From sequence record PV730302.1: a stretch of DNA of 64,000 nt; one strand, written 5' to 3'. Position numbers and translations under genes: made by a program. The notes under the pieces are model-generated. The model was not told where the DNA came from, ran no database searches, and saw nothing but the letters and a program-made list of their open reading frames with translations. Position 1 is the stretch's first letter. Each line of letters opens with the position of its first letter. This document shows positions 45,903-53,898 of this stretch, piece after piece. The stretch comes from a phage.

Positions 45903-46142
45903 TTAAATTTCGGCAACGTAAGTGTTATGCAATTCCCACATATCATCAGAATTGCTCTTAATGATAGGGATTATCTCATTAGAGATTTCTTCAGCATAAG
46001 GGTCATTGATACAGTGGGCATCTTCAAAACGAACACCGTAATCAGACTTCTTATAGGCAAAGCCATAAATCTTTTTAAACTTGGCACGGGTAATGCGTAC
46101 CGGTTCATTAGACTTATCAGACAACGGAGAGTAATACCACAT
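45903..46142 (-). CDS. hypothetical protein (79 aa)
   Basis: ORF with SD GAGGAG. Confidence 0.45.
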   Translation of the reverse strand: MWYYSPLSDKSNEPVRITRAKFKKIYGFAYKKSDYGVRFEDAHCINDPYAEEISNEIIPIIKSNSDDMWELHNTYVAEI

Positions 46143-46185
46143 ATGTTCTCCTCATGTTTGTGTAGGGTAATAGTAACACGTATTT

Positions 46186-46515
46186 TTAGAGTTGTACATC
46201 ACTTCTGCAATATTCTAAAAATAATTTATCGTTGTCTACCGTATCCCAACGACGCCAAGATGGATTCCAGACCAAAGCGTTGTCACCACAATCATTGAGC
46301 TTAAAATGGTCGTAGTACATAGCTATACGTCTAGTTTCGTCACCAGAGAACCCCAGTATAGGCTCGCCGTGGGTGTGATACATATGATGGTGCATTGAGA
46401 GGTCGCATTTGTAAAACATCTCACGTTTACCACGAACGAACAAGAAGGCTTGCCCATTCATATAGAATTCTTTATCTGTTTTCAAAAGATATTTGAATAC
46501 TGAATCTTTATGCAT
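46186..46515 (-). CDS. hypothetical His-rich protein (109 aa)
   Basis: Start at ATG 46515 with AGGAGG SD. Confidence 0.5.
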   Translation of the reverse strand: MHKDSVFKYLLKTDKEFYMNGQAFLFVRGKREMFYKCDLSMHHHMYHTHGEPILGFSGDETRRIAMYYDHFKLNDCGDNALVWNPSWRRWDTVDNDKLFLEYCRSDVQL

Positions 46516-46545
46516 AAGTCCTCCTACCACATCCATGTGGTTAAA

Positions 46546-46773
46546 TTATTTTCCTAACGAAACACGAGTAGGTTTTTTACCAAAATAGTCTTCGTAAGAA
46601 CCATCTAAACGGCCTGCTTTAGACCGACAATACGAATCATACTTTTTGTAATAAGTCATCTCGGTATTATAACGTGGGTGTCTATCAGCCATAATAATAC
46701 TTAACGGCCAACCTTTGGCATAATCGCGAAGACCATTTATTTTACGAATGTATCTTTTCTTTAATTTTAGCAT
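46546..46773 (-). CDS. hypothetical basic protein (75 aa)
   Basis: ORF. Confidence 0.4.
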   Translation of the reverse strand: MLKLKKRYIRKINGLRDYAKGWPLSIIMADRHPRYNTEMTYYKKYDSYCRSKAGRLDGSYEDYFGKKPTRVSLGK

Positions 46774-46991
46774 GAGCTCGGATACCAGATTTTACCATCG
46801 GCCTGAGCAACGAAGGTGCGACCAGCTTCTTCACCATAACAAGAGCTATTCAGCCAATCTTCGAGACGAACTTCACCGTCATAATCATCGAGCTCAACAC
46901 CGAAATCCTGGGCAGAAGCCATATCTTTTACTTTCTTATACAGTGCAGCCAGTTCAAGAGCAGCTTTTTCTAATTCATTAATATCAGACAT
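46767..46991 (-). CDS. tandem-paralog family member 4 (74 aa, C-terminal ...WYPSSC)
   Basis: Start at ATG 46991 with AAGGAAAT SD; shares acidic helical N-terminus, Y-x-P block and terminal SS-x-C with the three upstream paralogs. Confidence 0.5.
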   Translation of the reverse strand: MSDINELEKAALELAALYKKVKDMASAQDFGVELDDYDGEVRLEDWLNSSCYGEEAGRTFVAQADGKIWYPSSC

Positions 46992-47001
46992 TTTTATTTC
47001 C

Positions 47002-47214
47002 TTAGCAAGACATAGAAGAAGTAAACCAGAAACCATCACCATCAGGAATGCCGTAATCATCACGGACCCATTCATAATCATCATATTCCGGGTTCTTTGG
47101 AGAAATGTATTGTCCACGACCAGAAACATGGAACTCTTCACCCGTTTCGTCAGCCACAGACTGGCCTTTACGTACTAATTCACGGATTTGGTTTTCAATT
47201 TCATCAATAGTCAT
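47002..47214 (-). CDS. tandem-paralog family member 3 (70 aa, C-terminal ...TSSMSC)
   Basis: Same architecture as neighbours. Confidence 0.5.
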   Translation of the reverse strand: MTIDEIENQIRELVRKGQSVADETGEEFHVSGRGQYISPKNPEYDDYEWVRDDYGIPDGDGFWFTSSMSC

Positions 47215-47223
47215 TTTATTTCC

Positions 47224-47505
47224 TTAACATTCAGAAGAAGAGGACACCCAACCACCATTTTCTAGGCTGGTAGTGTAATCATGTTGGTTTACAATAGCGT
47301 ACTGAGCTTCACCGTATTCTTCCCAGTGGGCAAGGTCGGCTTTCAAGGCGCCAGGAGAATAATAGTCACCGCCCATACCGCGAGCAGGGTATATATTAAA
47401 ATGAGTCTCATATTTGTTTGCAATTTCCTCGGCACGACGAATAGCTTTATGGATATCATTTACTGCTTCAGCCAATTCTTTATTTTTATGGTAATCATTC
47501 ATCAT
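47224..47505 (-). CDS. tandem-paralog family member 2 (93 aa, C-terminal ...WVSSSSEC)
   Basis: Same architecture as neighbours. Confidence 0.5.
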   Translation of the reverse strand: MMNDYHKNKELAEAVNDIHKAIRRAEEIANKYETHFNIYPARGMGGDYYSPGALKADLAHWEEYGEAQYAIVNQHDYTTSLENGGWVSSSSEC

Positions 47506-47514
47506 AGCGTTTCC

Positions 47515-47805
47515 TTAGCACATTGCCGAAGAGGAGATCCAAGCACCAACTGTAACGACGCCATTTTCAACTTCACCACCGTTGTTTTCAATTTCATCTT
47601 TAAACCACTGGGAGCATTCATAACCGACAGGATAATATGTACGGCCTGAACCATAATCACCGGTACCGAATTGGATACCATACTTATCGGCAATAGCTTC
47701 ACATTCATGTTCGATGGTATTCACTTTATTCAGAAGAGCATAGATAGCCTTTTCTGCAGATTTCTCGTCATTGTGTTCCGGGATTTCAATTTCAATTTTA
47801 TTCAT
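47515..47805 (-). CDS. tandem-paralog family member 1 (96 aa, C-terminal ...WISSSAMC)
   Basis: Same architecture as neighbours; ATG overlaps the upstream stop. Confidence 0.5.
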   Translation of the reverse strand: MNKIEIEIPEHNDEKSAEKAIYALLNKVNTIEHECEAIADKYGIQFGTGDYGSGRTYYPVGYECSQWFKDEIENNGGEVENGVVTVGAWISSSAMC

Positions 47806-48155
47806 GATTTACATTCCTTAATAAAGGTTTCAAGGTCATTACGTTTAGTTTGTTTTACATACTCATTATAATTAGCCATAGCTAAAGCATATCTCTTTTT
47901 ACGTGGCTTGTTTATTTTATTAGTTTGGGCAATATCAAAGACCCATGGGATAAAAAATCCTATTAAAGCCGGAACCCAAATCCATGCAAGGCTCATATCT
48001 TCAAACGGATGGCGAGGCATACCATTAATAATCCCACCGACAAGAAATCCAATTATCCCTGCAGTCATACTAGTAGCAATGCCGAGGAATAAGGAAATAG
48101 CTATATCATAATCTGCTAATGCGTAACCAGGGTCGGTTTTACTAGGCTTATGCAT
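47802..48155 (-). CDS. membrane protein (117 aa)
   Basis: Start at ATG 48155 with AGAGG SD; two TM helices; C-terminus FIKECKS. Confidence 0.5.
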   Translation of the reverse strand: MHKPSKTDPGYALADYDIAISLFLGIATSMTAGIIGFLVGGIINGMPRHPFEDMSLAWIWVPALIGFFIPWVFDIAQTNKINKPRKKRYALAMANYNEYVKQTKRNDLETFIKECKS

Positions 48156-48684
48156 TTTGAACCTCTTTAGCGTATTCGCGACATTCAGCAATAAAACGAT
48201 TAAGCTTACGTTGTTGTTTACGACTTTCTAATGTGTACTCATTAGCCAAAATAATAAGCTCATCTTTATCGTAATTTTTAATATCAGAGTAAGATGGGCG
48301 ACGGTCAACCATTCCAAATACATCACCATTTTCTAAAGCTACATAACATACTAAATGGTAATCATCGTCTGCCATATTAAGAAGCACACAATCAGCGCTC
48401 TCGTTTAAAGAATATACCGAATAACGTAGTCCAGCGAATTCCACTCGTTGAATAGCCAGATTTACGTCAATAATTTCCAAAGCATCTTCAAAAGAAAGGT
48501 CTTCAGCTAAAGCAAAAATAAAAGGTAATTTGGTAGTATCGCCACGGCTAGATGTTCTGCTTAAGAAATCGTTTGAATAGCCTAGGTCTTGGCGAATTCT
48601 ATAAAGAACTGAATTAGTTTCATGTGAAAGACCACTATGCTTAAACCAATCAATATTTGATATCAGGTCGTCATATAAACTCAT
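48148..48684 (-). CDS. hypothetical protein (178 aa)
   Basis: ORF; C-terminal region FIAECREY. Confidence 0.5.
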   Translation of the reverse strand: MSLYDDLISNIDWFKHSGLSHETNSVLYRIRQDLGYSNDFLSRTSSRGDTTKLPFIFALAEDLSFEDALEIIDVNLAIQRVEFAGLRYSVYSLNESADCVLLNMADDDYHLVCYVALENGDVFGMVDRRPSYSDIKNYDKDELIILANEYTLESRKQQRKLNRFIAECREYAKEVQNA

Positions 48685-48705
48685 AATATTCTCCTCTCCT
48701 CCAAA

Positions 48706-48727
48706 TAGGGAGACCGAAGTCTCCCAG
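48706..48727 (-). terminator. terminator-like hairpin (weak U-tract)
   Basis: GGGAGAC-TTCG-GTCTCCC downstream of the stop at 48733. Confidence 0.35.
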
Positions 48728-48732
48728 TAACA

Positions 48733-49326
48733 TTACTTAAGTGAATTAATGTAGTCTTCGATATCAGCAGAAGTCGTATCCATTCCAACTTGTGGGCCTT
48801 TAAACGTTTCTACACGAAGCAGGGTGTCTTCAATATCAATCTTAGTCAATGCAGCGATTTCAACAACATCATCGGCAGTAGCAATACCCAGGGCAGCCAT
48901 ATTACGAGTTTCACGAATGTACTCAAGCTTAACCGCTAGTTCCTGGCGAGAGTCATCAAGTTCCTTGACCTTAAGCTTAATTTCATTACGCATTTCAACA
49001 TAATCATCGGCTTTCTTACGAAGTTGAGTAGCCGTACGACGATAAAGGAGGCCGAGTTTAGCATGTACCTGGACATCGGCACCTTCTTTAATCAGTTTAC
49101 GAATTTCGCGTTCTTTGGAACTAGCCAGTTGGTCCTTTTCGTTAGCGAGTTCACGAATACGTTTTTCTTCATTCACAGACTTAACATGGGCAGTCTGGAG
49201 CTCAGTGATTTTATCAATCAGAGTAGAAGCAGCTTTGGTGTATTGGTCTTCGATTGACAGGTTCTGAGCCATTGCAGTACCCAATTTGGAACGGATGAAT
49301 TCAACGATTTTCTTTAAAGTGTTCAT
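48733..49326 (-). CDS. hypothetical coiled-coil protein (197 aa)
   Basis: Heptad-rich charged sequence. Confidence 0.55.
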   Translation of the reverse strand: MNTLKKIVEFIRSKLGTAMAQNLSIEDQYTKAASTLIDKITELQTAHVKSVNEEKRIRELANEKDQLASSKEREIRKLIKEGADVQVHAKLGLLYRRTATQLRKKADDYVEMRNEIKLKVKELDDSRQELAVKLEYIRETRNMAALGIATADDVVEIAALTKIDIEDTLLRVETFKGPQVGMDTTSADIEDYINSLK

Positions 49327-49398
49327 AGTATTTCCTTCAGTTGGTTAAGATTTATAATCCATGAGGACATTATACCCTGTCCTCTGAGGGTTGTAAAC
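49327..49398 (-). promoter_or_regulatory. early promoter (GTTTAC-18-TATAAT)
   Basis: Minus-strand GTTTACAACCCTCAGAGGACAGGGTATAAT. Confidence 0.6.
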
Positions 49399-49402
49399 AT
49401 TT

Positions 49403-49801
49403 TTATTTCATTTTTGCGAGGCAAATTTCATTGGCTTCCCATTGAGCTTGCTTAATAATAGCTTTGGATACAGGAGCCCTTTGGCCATAAGTTTTTGACG
49501 TTGAGAGAACAATACATTTGTTTGCTTCATTATGCCAGCCCCATGATTTTTCGCCATGGGTACCTTTAATTACAGCAGACACCTCAACAGAGCAACCACC
49601 ATCAGAAATCTTGGTTTCGACAATCCATTCATTTCTCTCAGCAGCTTCAAGTTCTAATCTAGTTTTTTCTTCATACATCGCGGCCCAATCAGTTTTTGCC
49701 AAGTTGAAAGCAAGGGCTTTCTCTAATTCTTTGGCATATTTTTGTTGTTCAGGTGTTAATGAATTATACAACTCTTGCATTTCTTTATCTTCGATATTCA
49801 T
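49403..49801 (-). CDS. hypothetical protein (132 aa)
   Basis: ORF downstream of an early promoter. Confidence 0.5.
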   Translation of the reverse strand: MNIEDKEMQELYNSLTPEQQKYAKELEKALAFNLAKTDWAAMYEEKTRLELEAAERNEWIVETKISDGGCSVEVSAVIKGTHGEKSWGWHNEANKCIVLSTSKTYGQRAPVSKAIIKQAQWEANEICLAKMK

Positions 49802-49856
49802 TATGTTCTCCTCAAATTATGGGCTCATAATATCTTAATCATGAGCCCGTGTAAAC
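49802..49856 (-). promoter_or_regulatory. early promoter (GTTTAC-18-TATTAT) with inverted repeat flanking the -10
   Basis: Minus-strand GTTTACACGGGCTCATGATTAAGATATTATGAGCCCATAA. Confidence 0.55.
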
Positions 49857-49859
49857 ATT

Positions 49860-50123
49860 TTATTTCATATTATTGAAATAATCTTCCGCATCAAAATCGT
49901 TATCATGGTAAACTTTGGTAGACGATTTGGCGTAGCCTTCAGCTGAGAACATATTAATCACAACTTTAATTGTATACCACTGTCCATCTTCATTACCCAT
50001 TACTGCATAGGTTTCATACACTGGGTGTTCAGGACCGATAACTTTAATATCGTTAACTGTAGCACCAAATTCTTCCGGAACACATTTCATAAAGAAATTA
50101 AACACTTCACCATAATTATCCAT
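49860..50123 (-). CDS. hypothetical protein (87 aa)
   Basis: Start at ATG 50123 with AAGGAGAG SD; track start is GTG. Confidence 0.45.
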   Translation of the reverse strand: MDNYGEVFNFFMKCVPEEFGATVNDIKVIGPEHPVYETYAVMGNEDGQWYTIKVVINMFSAEGYAKSSTKVYHDNDFDAEDYFNNMK

Positions 50124-50138
50124 TTTACTCTCCTTCAC

Positions 50139-50187
50139 ACTGTTGTTTTGATAGGTCTATAGTATCATGTTCTACGAAAGAGTAAAC
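50139..50187 (-). promoter_or_regulatory. early promoter (GTTTAC-17-TACTAT)
   Basis: Minus-strand GTTTACTCTTTCGTAGAACATGATACTATAGACCTATCAAAAC. Confidence 0.55.
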
Positions 50188-50209
50188 ATCTTTTTTAAAC
50201 TTTTTAGAA

Positions 50210-50240
50210 ACAAAAAAGGCCCAACCTTTCGGAAGGGCCT
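50210..50240 (-). terminator. rho-independent terminator
   Basis: GGCCCTTCC-GAAA-GGTTGGGCC followed by T6 on the minus strand. Confidence 0.6.
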
Positions 50241-50244
50241 AGAA

Positions 50245-50799
50245 TCAGTTCTTGTAGAACCGGAACGGGTTTACATGGAAGGCTAACATGGCCTTAGGGA
50301 TTTTACGAGACAAAAGGCTCTTAAGCTTCCAACCACAGTACACGCGAAGGTAAAAGGTAATCCCACCAACCTTAAGATATGGAACTGAAGCAAATACACC
50401 CCAGGCGTCGTCATTCCACATCCATAACCACCCGTGATGAGCTTTATCAGGAGAACCGGATTCAACGTCAGGATTACCACGATAATGGAATTCTGAGCTA
50501 CAATCACGACCGAGTTTATGGTAAGCAAAGTTATAAGCTTTATTTCGCCATAGCCAAGCTACTCTCTGGAGATAAACACCACCTGGCATTTTCCTGATTT
50601 TAGCCCAACGTTTAATGTGACCTTTGTCACCGTCAATTGGATTATCGTATGTCATCATCCAATCAAAGCCATAAGGCAATTTACCGGTCTTTTTATTGTG
50701 GAAAGGAACTACAAAAGGCGCAAGGATAACAGCCAGAACCATAGAGATAAAATCCAGTGGAACCAACAGAACCCAACTCAAATATTTTAAAAGTTTCAT
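50245..50799 (-). CDS. membrane-anchored protein (184 aa)
   Basis: Start at first ATG 50799; N-terminal TM helices. Confidence 0.5.
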   Translation of the reverse strand: MKLLKYLSWVLLVPLDFISMVLAVILAPFVVPFHNKKTGKLPYGFDWMMTYDNPIDGDKGHIKRWAKIRKMPGGVYLQRVAWLWRNKAYNFAYHKLGRDCSSEFHYRGNPDVESGSPDKAHHGWLWMWNDDAWGVFASVPYLKVGGITFYLRVYCGWKLKSLLSRKIPKAMLAFHVNPFRFYKN

Positions 50800-50816
50800 A
50801 TATTTCTCTAATTTAA

Positions 50817-50842
50817 CCAAAAAAGCCCCAGATGGGGCTTTC
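50817..50842 (-). terminator. rho-independent terminator
   Basis: AAGCCCC-ATCT-GGGGCTT followed by T6 on the minus strand, just after the stop at 50844. Confidence 0.6.
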
Positions 50843-50843
50843 G

Positions 50844-51308
50844 TTATTTGATTTGTTTAGCAGACCAGATACGGTCTTTGATGATTTTCTGAATATCTTC
50901 AACATACTCTAAGTCGTGAGCATGCGGATTATCTTTGAAGCTATGTGCTCGTGCTAGTTTCTGGCCTTCTGTTTTGATTACTAAAAGCTCTTTAAGAATT
51001 GCTTCATACTTAGAAATAATTCCTTTGGCGATATTTTTTTCTTGAGCGGCTTTAGGGTCTGCTTTTGTAGCAGGTGCTTTACCTGTAGCTTTCTGGAACA
51101 ATTCACCTGATGCAGCTAGGCTTTTAAAAACTCGGCTAACAGTATTAGCATTAGTAAAACCTTCGGCTTTAAAATCTCTAATAAAACGGAAACGTTCTTC
51201 ATCAGAGGCGTCTTTGTAAGAATATTTACCTGCTTGAATTGCTGCAATCGCAGCGGCTTTTACATCTGAACTAGATTGTTCAGTCAAAAATTCATTGTAA
51301 GTTTTCAT
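50844..51308 (-). CDS. internal-protein-like capsid cargo (CTS-tagged, 154 aa)
   Basis: N-terminus MKTYNEFLTE; Lys/Ala-rich body. Confidence 0.6.
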   Translation of the reverse strand: MKTYNEFLTEQSSSDVKAAAIAAIQAGKYSYKDASDEERFRFIRDFKAEGFTNANTVSRVFKSLAASGELFQKATGKAPATKADPKAAQEKNIAKGIISKYEAILKELLVIKTEGQKLARAHSFKDNPHAHDLEYVEDIQKIIKDRIWSAKQIK

Positions 51309-51348
51309 TATTATTTCCTAAGTTAATTAACTTATCTATTTATTATGC

Positions 51349-51378
51349 CAAAAAGCCCCAACCTTTCGGAAGGGGCTA
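51349..51378 (-). terminator. rho-independent terminator downstream of the tRNA/sRNA region
   Basis: AGCCCCTTCC-GAAA-GGTTGGGGCT followed by T5 on the minus strand. Confidence 0.55.
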
Positions 51379-51420
51379 TGCCTTGCGGCAACCTTGTCGG
51401 GGTTCCACCTGCTAGGCAAG

Positions 51421-51757
51421 TGTTTGTACGAAACGCCGGGATTCGAACCCGGTTATTAAGTAGTTGACGCTACTCAATATTTTTAAAAGGCCATATCTCG
51501 ACCATATCCGAACGTTCCGTCAAAAACGCTACTCGGCTTACGGCAAAGATATTTCCTCGAATCGATAATTCGGTGCGCCGTTTCTGCTGTGATGTAAGGG
51601 GACGTTAACAGATCGTAAAGATTTGTTAATGTCAGTCCTTATTCAGGGAACATCAGTCCGACGACTTACCGGTAGCGACCCGGTTTCTTGTTTGGTGCGC
51701 CGGTGAATGCTGGTAATCAGTCTTCATACGACGGCTTGACTATATAATAGTCTTCAT
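51421..51757 (-). ncRNA. putative small stable RNA region (tRNA-like 3' element; possible species-1/species-2-type RNAs)
   Basis: ORF-free 340 bp next to the tRNAs; perfect T-arm CCGGG-TTCGAAT-CCCGG at 51436-51452 without a foldable canonical cloverleaf; CGGCGCACC repeated about 115 nt apart; 6-bp hairpin GACTAT-TAT-ATAGTC just 3' of tRNA-Arg. Confidence 0.3.
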
Positions 51758-51758
51758 T

Positions 51759-51833
51759 TGGTATCCCGCCCTGGGATCGAACCAGGACCGCAAACTTAGA
51801 AGGATCGTATGCTATCCATTACACCAGCGGGAC
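51759..51833 (-). tRNA. tRNA-Arg (anticodon TCT), CCA encoded
   Basis: Manual cloverleaf: acceptor GTCCCGC/GCGGGAT, D-arm GTGT-AATGGATA-GCAT, anticodon loop CTTCTAA, T-arm CCTGG-TTCGATC-CCAGG. Confidence 0.8.
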
Positions 51834-51838
51834 ATAGT

Positions 51839-51915
51839 TGGTGACCCGGACCAGATTTGAACTGGTAACCTTTCCCTTATGAGGGGACTGCTTCTAACCA
51901 TTGAGCTACAGGGCC
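51839..51915 (-). tRNA. tRNA with anticodon CAT (Ile2/Met type), CCA encoded
   Basis: Manual cloverleaf: acceptor GGCCCTG/CCGGGTC (one mismatch), anticodon loop CTCATAA, T-arm ACCAG-TTCAAAT-CTGGT; three stem mismatches in total. Confidence 0.65.
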
Positions 51916-51920
51916 TTAAT

Positions 51921-52187
51921 TTAAATTACAAATCCAGCAGGAGCATTATCATCTTTAGCCATGTGCTGAATTGTATGATAAGTCATTTCTTCAGGAGCAA
52001 CCAGATAAGCCGCAACGTTAACTAGTGGAATTATTTTTGGTTTAGCGAACGTGCTATCAGAAATTGCCATAAAGGGCTCGCCGTCTCGTTCAACTTCGCC
52101 AAATTGGCATTCATATGAAATAGAACAACGTTTGGTAGTTGTTGTCTTGGTTTTAGGGTCATAAAAAGCTAATTTTAATACTAACAT
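51921..52187 (-). CDS. hypothetical protein (88 aa)
   Basis: ORF ending 6 nt before the tRNA 5' end. Confidence 0.45.
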   Translation of the reverse strand: MLVLKLAFYDPKTKTTTTKRCSISYECQFGEVERDGEPFMAISDSTFAKPKIIPLVNVAAYLVAPEEMTYHTIQHMAKDDNAPAGFVI

Positions 52188-52315
52188 AACACCTCAAATA
52201 AAATTAAGTAAAGTAAGTTTAATTAATAGACCTTGTCTATTATGAAAGGTTCTTTGAGGGAAGAACCTTTGGTAATAGAGGGTATTAATGATAGAGTAAT
52301 AATATCACATAATTC

Positions 52316-52600
52316 TTAAAGCATATTAATGTAATCAAGTTTAATAGAAGCAATCTTCAAAGGATTTTTAAAGATGTCGTATTCGACCAATCCGTTTTCA
52401 GTTGCGGTATAAAAAGTAAAGTTAACAGAATTATAACGTTGGCTGTTAACTTTGAGTTTAACGTCGCTTGAACTACGGCCAATATTAACCTGTTGGACAT
52501 CAAGCACGGCATCTTTGCCAAAGTTGCGAATCAGTAGCTCTGCTGCAACCTGGTCTGAATTATATCCATTCTCTGGATTAGTAACCTTAACGTATAGCAT
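52316..52600 (-). CDS. hypothetical protein (94 aa)
   Basis: ORF. Confidence 0.45.
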   Translation of the reverse strand: MLYVKVTNPENGYNSDQVAAELLIRNFGKDAVLDVQQVNIGRSSSDVKLKVNSQRYNSVNFTFYTATENGLVEYDIFKNPLKIASIKLDYINML

Positions 52601-53002
52601 TTAACCCTCGTCTACAATAGTATGGGTATTAGCATTAACAATCTGCCACCAGTCAAAACGATCGGAGCCGTAAAGAAACTTATTCTCGTTTTCTTTAACA
52701 ATTTCACGTAGTTCATCTTCAGTGGCAGCTTTAGCGATTAAATCGGTATAGCCACCACGTGGATAGTAGTTATCACCCGCGAACAGAAGGAAATTTACTT
52801 TACCAGAAGGAACATATGCTTCCTTAGGATACTTGTTTCCTGCTTGGTCTACCACTTCAATATAACGGTAAGGAATATCGGTACTTTCAACCCATTGCCA
52901 AGCTGCAGCAGGGGATTCAAAAGCATCTACACCTAAACGGTTATCTTCATCTTTAGACGGATTATTTTCATAATCCGCATATGCATAATATTCAACGTTC
53001 AT
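52601..53002 (-). CDS. hypothetical protein (133 aa)
   Basis: ORF. Confidence 0.5.
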   Translation of the reverse strand: MNVEYYAYADYENNPSKDEDNRLGVDAFESPAAAWQWVESTDIPYRYIEVVDQAGNKYPKEAYVPSGKVNFLLFAGDNYYPRGGYTDLIAKAATEDELREIVKENENKFLYGSDRFDWWQIVNANTHTIVDEG

Positions 53003-53187
53003 TATTCACCTTTAGAGATTTTATCCATAACGATAGCGATTAAGCCGATTAGAAATGCTACTACCAATGAGATAGAATTTTCTGTTGTTGTCAGTAGTCC
53101 ACAAATGAATCCTACAAACATCGAAAAACTAAAAGCCATTGAAGCAATTACTACAGCAACATTACGAATCAGTTCAGCGCGTTTCAT
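53002..53187 (-). CDS. small membrane protein (61 aa)
   Basis: Two hydrophobic helices; downstream of an early promoter. Confidence 0.45.
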   Translation of the reverse strand: MKRAELIRNVAVVIASMAFSFSMFVGFICGLLTTTENSISLVVAFLIGLIAIVMDKISKGE

Positions 53188-53245
53188 TTTATTCTCCTCA
53201 GTAGTTGATAGGGTAATAGTATCACTACCCTATCTAAAAGTAAAC
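53188..53245 (-). promoter_or_regulatory. early promoter (GTTTAC-18-TACTAT)
   Basis: Minus-strand GTTTACTTTTAGATAGGGTAGTGATACTATTACCCTATCAACTAC. Confidence 0.55.
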
Positions 53246-53256
53246 GGTTTTATAAA

Positions 53257-53565
53257 CTATTTTATTCCGCGTGATGCAATCGTATTCTGCCGTTTAACGC
53301 CAGTTTGTTTAAAGTTATGATTGTCGAGTTGATCGGTACGAGCAACTCCGAATGATGATTTAATCTTAGCTTTAGATCCTTTAGTTATAGAAATAAACAT
53401 CTCGGGAGCCCCTTTCTTAAAGTCCGAAGCAATTACTTCAACACCGTTCTTAGCAAGTGACCTCAGAATTGCTTCCACATACTCATCATCAAGACCCGCT
53501 TGAGTATGAATAACGAATGTCTTTGGTGCAGCCGCTTCATTGATAAATTCTTTATAGGTTTTCAT
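53257..53565 (-). CDS. internal-protein-like capsid cargo (CTS-tagged, 102 aa)
   Basis: N-terminus MKTYKEFINE; ipI-locus position next to 57B. Confidence 0.6.
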   Translation of the reverse strand: MKTYKEFINEAAAPKTFVIHTQAGLDDEYVEAILRSLAKNGVEVIASDFKKGAPEMFISITKGSKAKIKSSFGVARTDQLDNHNFKQTGVKRQNTIASRGIK

Positions 53566-53625
53566 TTTATGTTCCTAATTAATTTTGATGAGATAATAGT
53601 ACCACAACCCTATTTAAAAGTAAAC
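53566..53625 (-). promoter_or_regulatory. early promoter (GTTTAC-18-TACTAT)
   Basis: Minus-strand GTTTACTTTTAAATAGGGTTGTGGTACTAT. Confidence 0.55.
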
Positions 53626-53898
53626 TCATTTTAAATAAATTGCATACTTTTTATAACCGGCCGTTTCGTGACGCAGCCCTTTTTCATTAGCAAAACGTTC
53701 AATATTGTTAATTTGATTCTGGTCGAGTTCTGAAGTATCAAATACAAAAAAGTTTCGCTTATTGCCTAAAGTTACGTGATTAGTCAAATCGATGTTATAG
53801 AGATGATTTATATCATCAATCATAGTCTTAACAGATTTGTTAATTTTTACTTCCTCATTAAGAATAGATTCAGCGATAAATTCTTGATAAGTTTTCAT
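53626..53898 (-). CDS. internal-protein-like capsid cargo (CTS-tagged, 90 aa)
   Basis: N-terminus MKTYQEFIAE identical to the T4 CTS. Confidence 0.6.
   Translation of the reverse strand: MKTYQEFIAESILNEEVKINKSVKTMIDDINHLYNIDLTNHVTLGNKRNFFVFDTSELDQNQINNIERFANEKGLRHETAGYKKYAIYLK

Noticed and set aside
48733-49326. PspA/IM30-like identity for the 197-aa coiled-coil protein
   Set aside because: Only generic coiled-coil character is shared; no specific conserved blocks could be aligned by eye.
51425-51520. Third tRNA gene around the perfect T-arm at 51436-51452
   Set aside because: Acceptor pairing can be forced (CGGAACG/CGTTTCG), but no D-arm or 7-nt anticodon loop folds and the element would be 92 nt with a 10-bp hairpin where the anticodon arm should be. 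It is reported only as a tRNA-like or small-RNA region.
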